This document shows positions 60,647 through 64,000 of a stretch of 64,000 nucleotides of DNA, in pieces. The notes under the pieces are model-generated. The model saw only the letters and a program-made list of their open reading frames with translations, searched no databases and was not told where the DNA came from. Source of the DNA: Hamiltosporidium tvaerminnensis FI-OER-3-3. Taxonomy: Eukaryota > Fungi > Microsporidia. The stretch covers positions 620,001 to 684,000 of the forward strand of contig CM061246.1 of assembly GCA_022605425.2 (NCBI GenBank), written 5' to 3'. A program made the position numbers and the translations under genes. Every line of letters begins with the position of its first letter. Position 1 is the stretch's first letter.

Positions 60647-61138
60647 ATGTATTTGTTTTTTTTTGTATTGTATAGAGCAGCTATTTATAATTCCAAATAT
60701 TTTATTATTACACCTGCAGCTCATCCATTTCTTCATCTCACTTCAAGAAACACAATTGTGAGACTAAAGAATCTTGATTCCGCTCCAAATTCTGTTAAAG
60801 ATATAGATGTATTTGAGCTAATTCCGTCTGGACAAAAATTTAAAATCACTTCGCATAACGGATTTGATTTATGTAGAACACCGGAATTGAAAGGGCGTAT
60901 AAAAGGGTGCAAAAATGGGGACGAAAATGCCAGATGGTCGCCCACCATTACACCAGATGGAATCCTTTTTAGAGTAGGAAAACTTTGTTTGACAGCAACA
61001 AAAATGGATACAAATCCATCAAATAAAGGAATAATTCTGGAAGCACGAAGATGCGACAGCCGAAAAGAACAATATTTTGATCTTATTCCTCTAAAAGATT
61101 TCTTGCCAAATTTTAACAATATATTTTCATTCGAATAA
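60647..61138 (+). CDS. Secreted ricin-B-lectin-like protein
   Basis: ATG 60647 gives signal peptide MYLFFFVLYRA; DLC...GC...W...CLT...RRC...QYF. Confidence 0.85.
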   Translation: MYLFFFVLYRAAIYNSKYFIITPAAHPFLHLTSRNTIVRLKNLDSAPNSVKDIDVFELIPSGQKFKITSHNGFDLCRTPELKGRIKGCKNGDENARWSPTITPDGILFRVGKLCLTATKMDTNPSNKGIILEARRCDSRKEQYFDLIPLKDFLPNFNNIFSFE

Positions 61139-61472
61139 TCCTTTTATATTCTTTTAAAATAAATTTATTTATATAAAGGACATCTTGAATTTATTTTTTT
61201 AGGTCTCTTTTATATTCCTCTGATTCATTTTATTTTTAAAATAAAAATATTCTAGCATTTCTGATTTGTATAAAATTAAAAAATCGGCTTATTTTTGAGA
61301 ATACTAAACATATAACAAACAATCCAAAATTGAATTTCTTCTTTTAAATATAAAAATCGAAAGAAGAAATTAAAATAAAATGTGACCAACAAATTTAAAA
61401 AATTAAACATTTAAATTCAAAAATTTGATTTTAAATTTTTAAGAAATAACGAGAAAATAATAAAAACCCCAG

Positions 61473-62720
61473 ATGGATTTAGTATCACTTCAATCTAAGA
61501 TATTCAAAGATCCAAACAATTACTTAGAAGAATATACAGAGCAACTTGAAAAATATAAAGCATTTGTTGAATTACCAATTGTTCCTCTTAAAACACTTTC
61601 CACACTTCTTTCTTTTCTTACAACAGTTACACATTTTTATCCTTCGCAATATTCTTCTTTAATTATAAACCATTTGTCTGTTACAACTAATAAATTACTA
61701 AAAAAAGAAATTTTTACAAATATTTTAATATTAAAAAGAAAAAAATTGATAACTGAAGAAGATTTTTTCACTTCAATATTTTTACATACCAGCGATTTTA
61801 AAAGTGTATTACGAATGTGTGTAAAAGAAATTTCTGACCGAAAAACTGTTGAAATTTTTATTAAATATGTAAATCATGGAAATGAAAAACAGTATTTTTT
61901 TGCTTTATTTTGTATTTTATATTGTTATGAGATTAAAAAATATGAAGAACTTGAGAAAATCATTTGTGATAATTTATTTGACAAAAAAGGTGAAAACATG
62001 TGTCTTTTGTATTTTTTAAATTTGATAGATTTTAGTTTTAGCGATAATATTTACGAAAAAGAAAATCAAAATACCGAGAAAGAAAATGAAAATGTTGAAA
62101 ACACCGAAAATAATTCTAAAATTCTTATCAAAATTGGAGAAATCAAAGCTGAAGAAATATGTAAATTATTATATAAAGACTTAAGATTAAACAAAATGAT
62201 GCGGGATATTAGAGTAAAGAAATTAAGAGTTATTTCAGTTCTTAAAAAGTTTTATAATCTGAAACTAAAAATATTTGATTATGTCATGAAAATTGTAGAT
62301 CCTAGTAAAGAAGATCTGGGTCAACTTATGACAGTACTTGTAGAGTGTCTTACTCCTGATGAAGCTAAGAAGGGTGTGGACATGGTTCTAGATAAATTTT
62401 GTAATTTGGCCAAGGATGATGACATGGTAGTATATGGCCTTAATATTCTTAAAGAAATTTCAGTTAGATTTGATTTAGACGTTATTTCTTACCTTGAAGA
62501 TTATAAAAAGTCTAAAAGTAAAGCCGTTGGTTATGCTTATAAAATGTTAGTTAAAAGTTATAAAGAAAAAAAAGTTGTAGGAAACAGATCGTTGTTGTAT
62601 GTTCGTAAAAAAGCAAGCGAAGCAAATAAAGAAAATAAAAAAGATTCGACCGAAAAGAAAAATAAATATAAAAATTTTAAGAAAGGTAATAAAAGACGTA
62701 AAAATAATAAATTGAAATAA
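61473..62720 (+). CDS. SDA1: Sda1 60S biogenesis protein (reduced)
   Basis: LQSKIFKDP..Y.EEY..QL N-terminus; F....DDDMVVYGLNILKEI..R; K.KAV..A...L; CCCC motif. Confidence 0.85.
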   Translation: MDLVSLQSKIFKDPNNYLEEYTEQLEKYKAFVELPIVPLKTLSTLLSFLTTVTHFYPSQYSSLIINHLSVTTNKLLKKEIFTNILILKRKKLITEEDFFTSIFLHTSDFKSVLRMCVKEISDRKTVEIFIKYVNHGNEKQYFFALFCILYCYEIKKYEELEKIICDNLFDKKGENMCLLYFLNLIDFSFSDNIYEKENQNTEKENENVENTENNSKILIKIGEIKAEEICKLLYKDLRLNKMMRDIRVKKLRVISVLKKFYNLKLKIFDYVMKIVDPSKEDLGQLMTVLVECLTPDEAKKGVDMVLDKFCNLAKDDDMVVYGLNILKEISVRFDLDVISYLEDYKKSKSKAVGYAYKMLVKSYKEKKVVGNRSLLYVRKKASEANKENKKDSTEKKNKYKNFKKGNKRRKNNKLK

Positions 62721-64000
62721 AGTTTAAATTTTTATAATCTTGAATTTCCATCTGCTATAAAAATTTTTAAGTGTATTTAATAACTATATCATGGGAATTT
62801 TTCTGTTATATTGCTTATTTCATCTCAATATTTGTTTTTTGGTTTTTTTAAATATTAAATATTCTTTTATACTTTATATTACCACGTTTTATTATATTCT
62901 TGTTTGAATATTCTTAAAAATATACAACGTCAGATGATTTTCTTGATTATTTTGACATTTTATTGTTTTTTATGAACACATTCACTTGTAGTTTTATCAA
63001 TATTATTCATAATATTTTTTAGTCACAATTATTTCGCCAAAAAATAGAAATATACCTTTTTAAAGAATAATGATCGTTATTAAGTCTAATTTTCGATTCA
63101 TTTGTATTTAATGAATATAAAATTGAATTTACCCACTTTGAATAGTTCCATTTTGTGTACTTGGTTCTCAGATAATTTTTATAGATGGTATTCCTCAATT
63201 TTCCTTGTTTATTACTTTTAAGCAAAAATGACCCGCGATTCCTTTTCTGCAACATATTATTTATAAATATTTTGTATTTGCAATTTTTTTAGGTTTAGTT
63301 CAAAATATTACCATATCATCAATCCTAATGTCTGCTCCAAATAATCCCGATTCCCTTTAAGAATTTTCTAACATTTTTAATAAAAATTTGTTTTACTTCC
63401 TAAAATTATAGTTCTATATAGAAATAAGATCTTTATGTCAATTTTTTTGATTGTAATATTAAATATGGTTGCATATCAGTATCTTTAATAATTAATTTAG
63501 ATAAGTATAGTTACAAAAAATTTAAAGTTCTAAAAGCTCTTAAAGCTTTATAATACTAGGATTAAAATGAAATATTAAAGTTACATTTCAGATATTTTTA
63601 TTCTTAGACAATTTTAAGAAAAAATTCAAGTGAAAACCTCAAAATTTCTATTTTATTTAAATTTTAGTAAAATTTTCAGCGTTTACCATTTTTTTTGGAA
63701 AAGTTTTCGAGTTCTTCTACGATATGGTTTTTATACAAAGATATTTATAACCAATATGATAATTTAATAATCTTGTTGGTTGCAAAAAAAGGAATTAAAT
63801 AATCGGTTTTTCATTATCAATACCTTACAAACATGTTTATTTCTTTCTTCTAAGAAAATCCACGGCTTTATAGTTGTTTGCCCTAAATATATCAACTATA
63901 AGATTTTCCTAATAACATATATTTTACGATTAAGGTCTCTCATGATTTATTATACTTTATACTATTTTTCATTTAAATCTAAAATTTTAAGATTATATGG

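Overview
Eukaryotic window from an AT-rich, gene-sparse, repeat-rich microsporidian genome. The assignment rests on a reduced SSU rRNA, a ~30-nt ITS with 5.8S fused to the LSU, CCC motifs before ATGs and a ricin-B-lectin gene cluster. It contains one minus-strand rDNA unit followed ~310 bp downstream by an intact two-ORF APE-RT LINE. About 15 host genes are present: KRR1, an RRM/UHM splicing factor, NMT1, a Snf7-like protein, RNA15, an acyl-protein thioesterase, SulP, RPL12, four ricin-B-lectin-like genes, SDA1 and two unknowns. Most notable: (1) a ~730-nt non-coding, apparently highly structured retroposon family with 4 young full-length copies, each with its own 11-14 bp target-site duplication (TSD), plus 5 old copies. 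It lacks a recognisable tRNA/5S/7SL head, has internal T-runs, and shares its 5' head with a second ~230-nt family carrying a (TAAG)n tail. (2) The LINE has no 5' UTR: its 14-bp terminal direct repeat (ATCCCTTTATATAT) resembles the host CCC promoter motif and supplies the first two bases of the ORF1 ATG, and ORF2 has no usable AUG. RTE-type relics, a bipartite RTE-derived short element, nested repeats and minisatellites around RPL12 are also present. All alignments and folds were done by eye.
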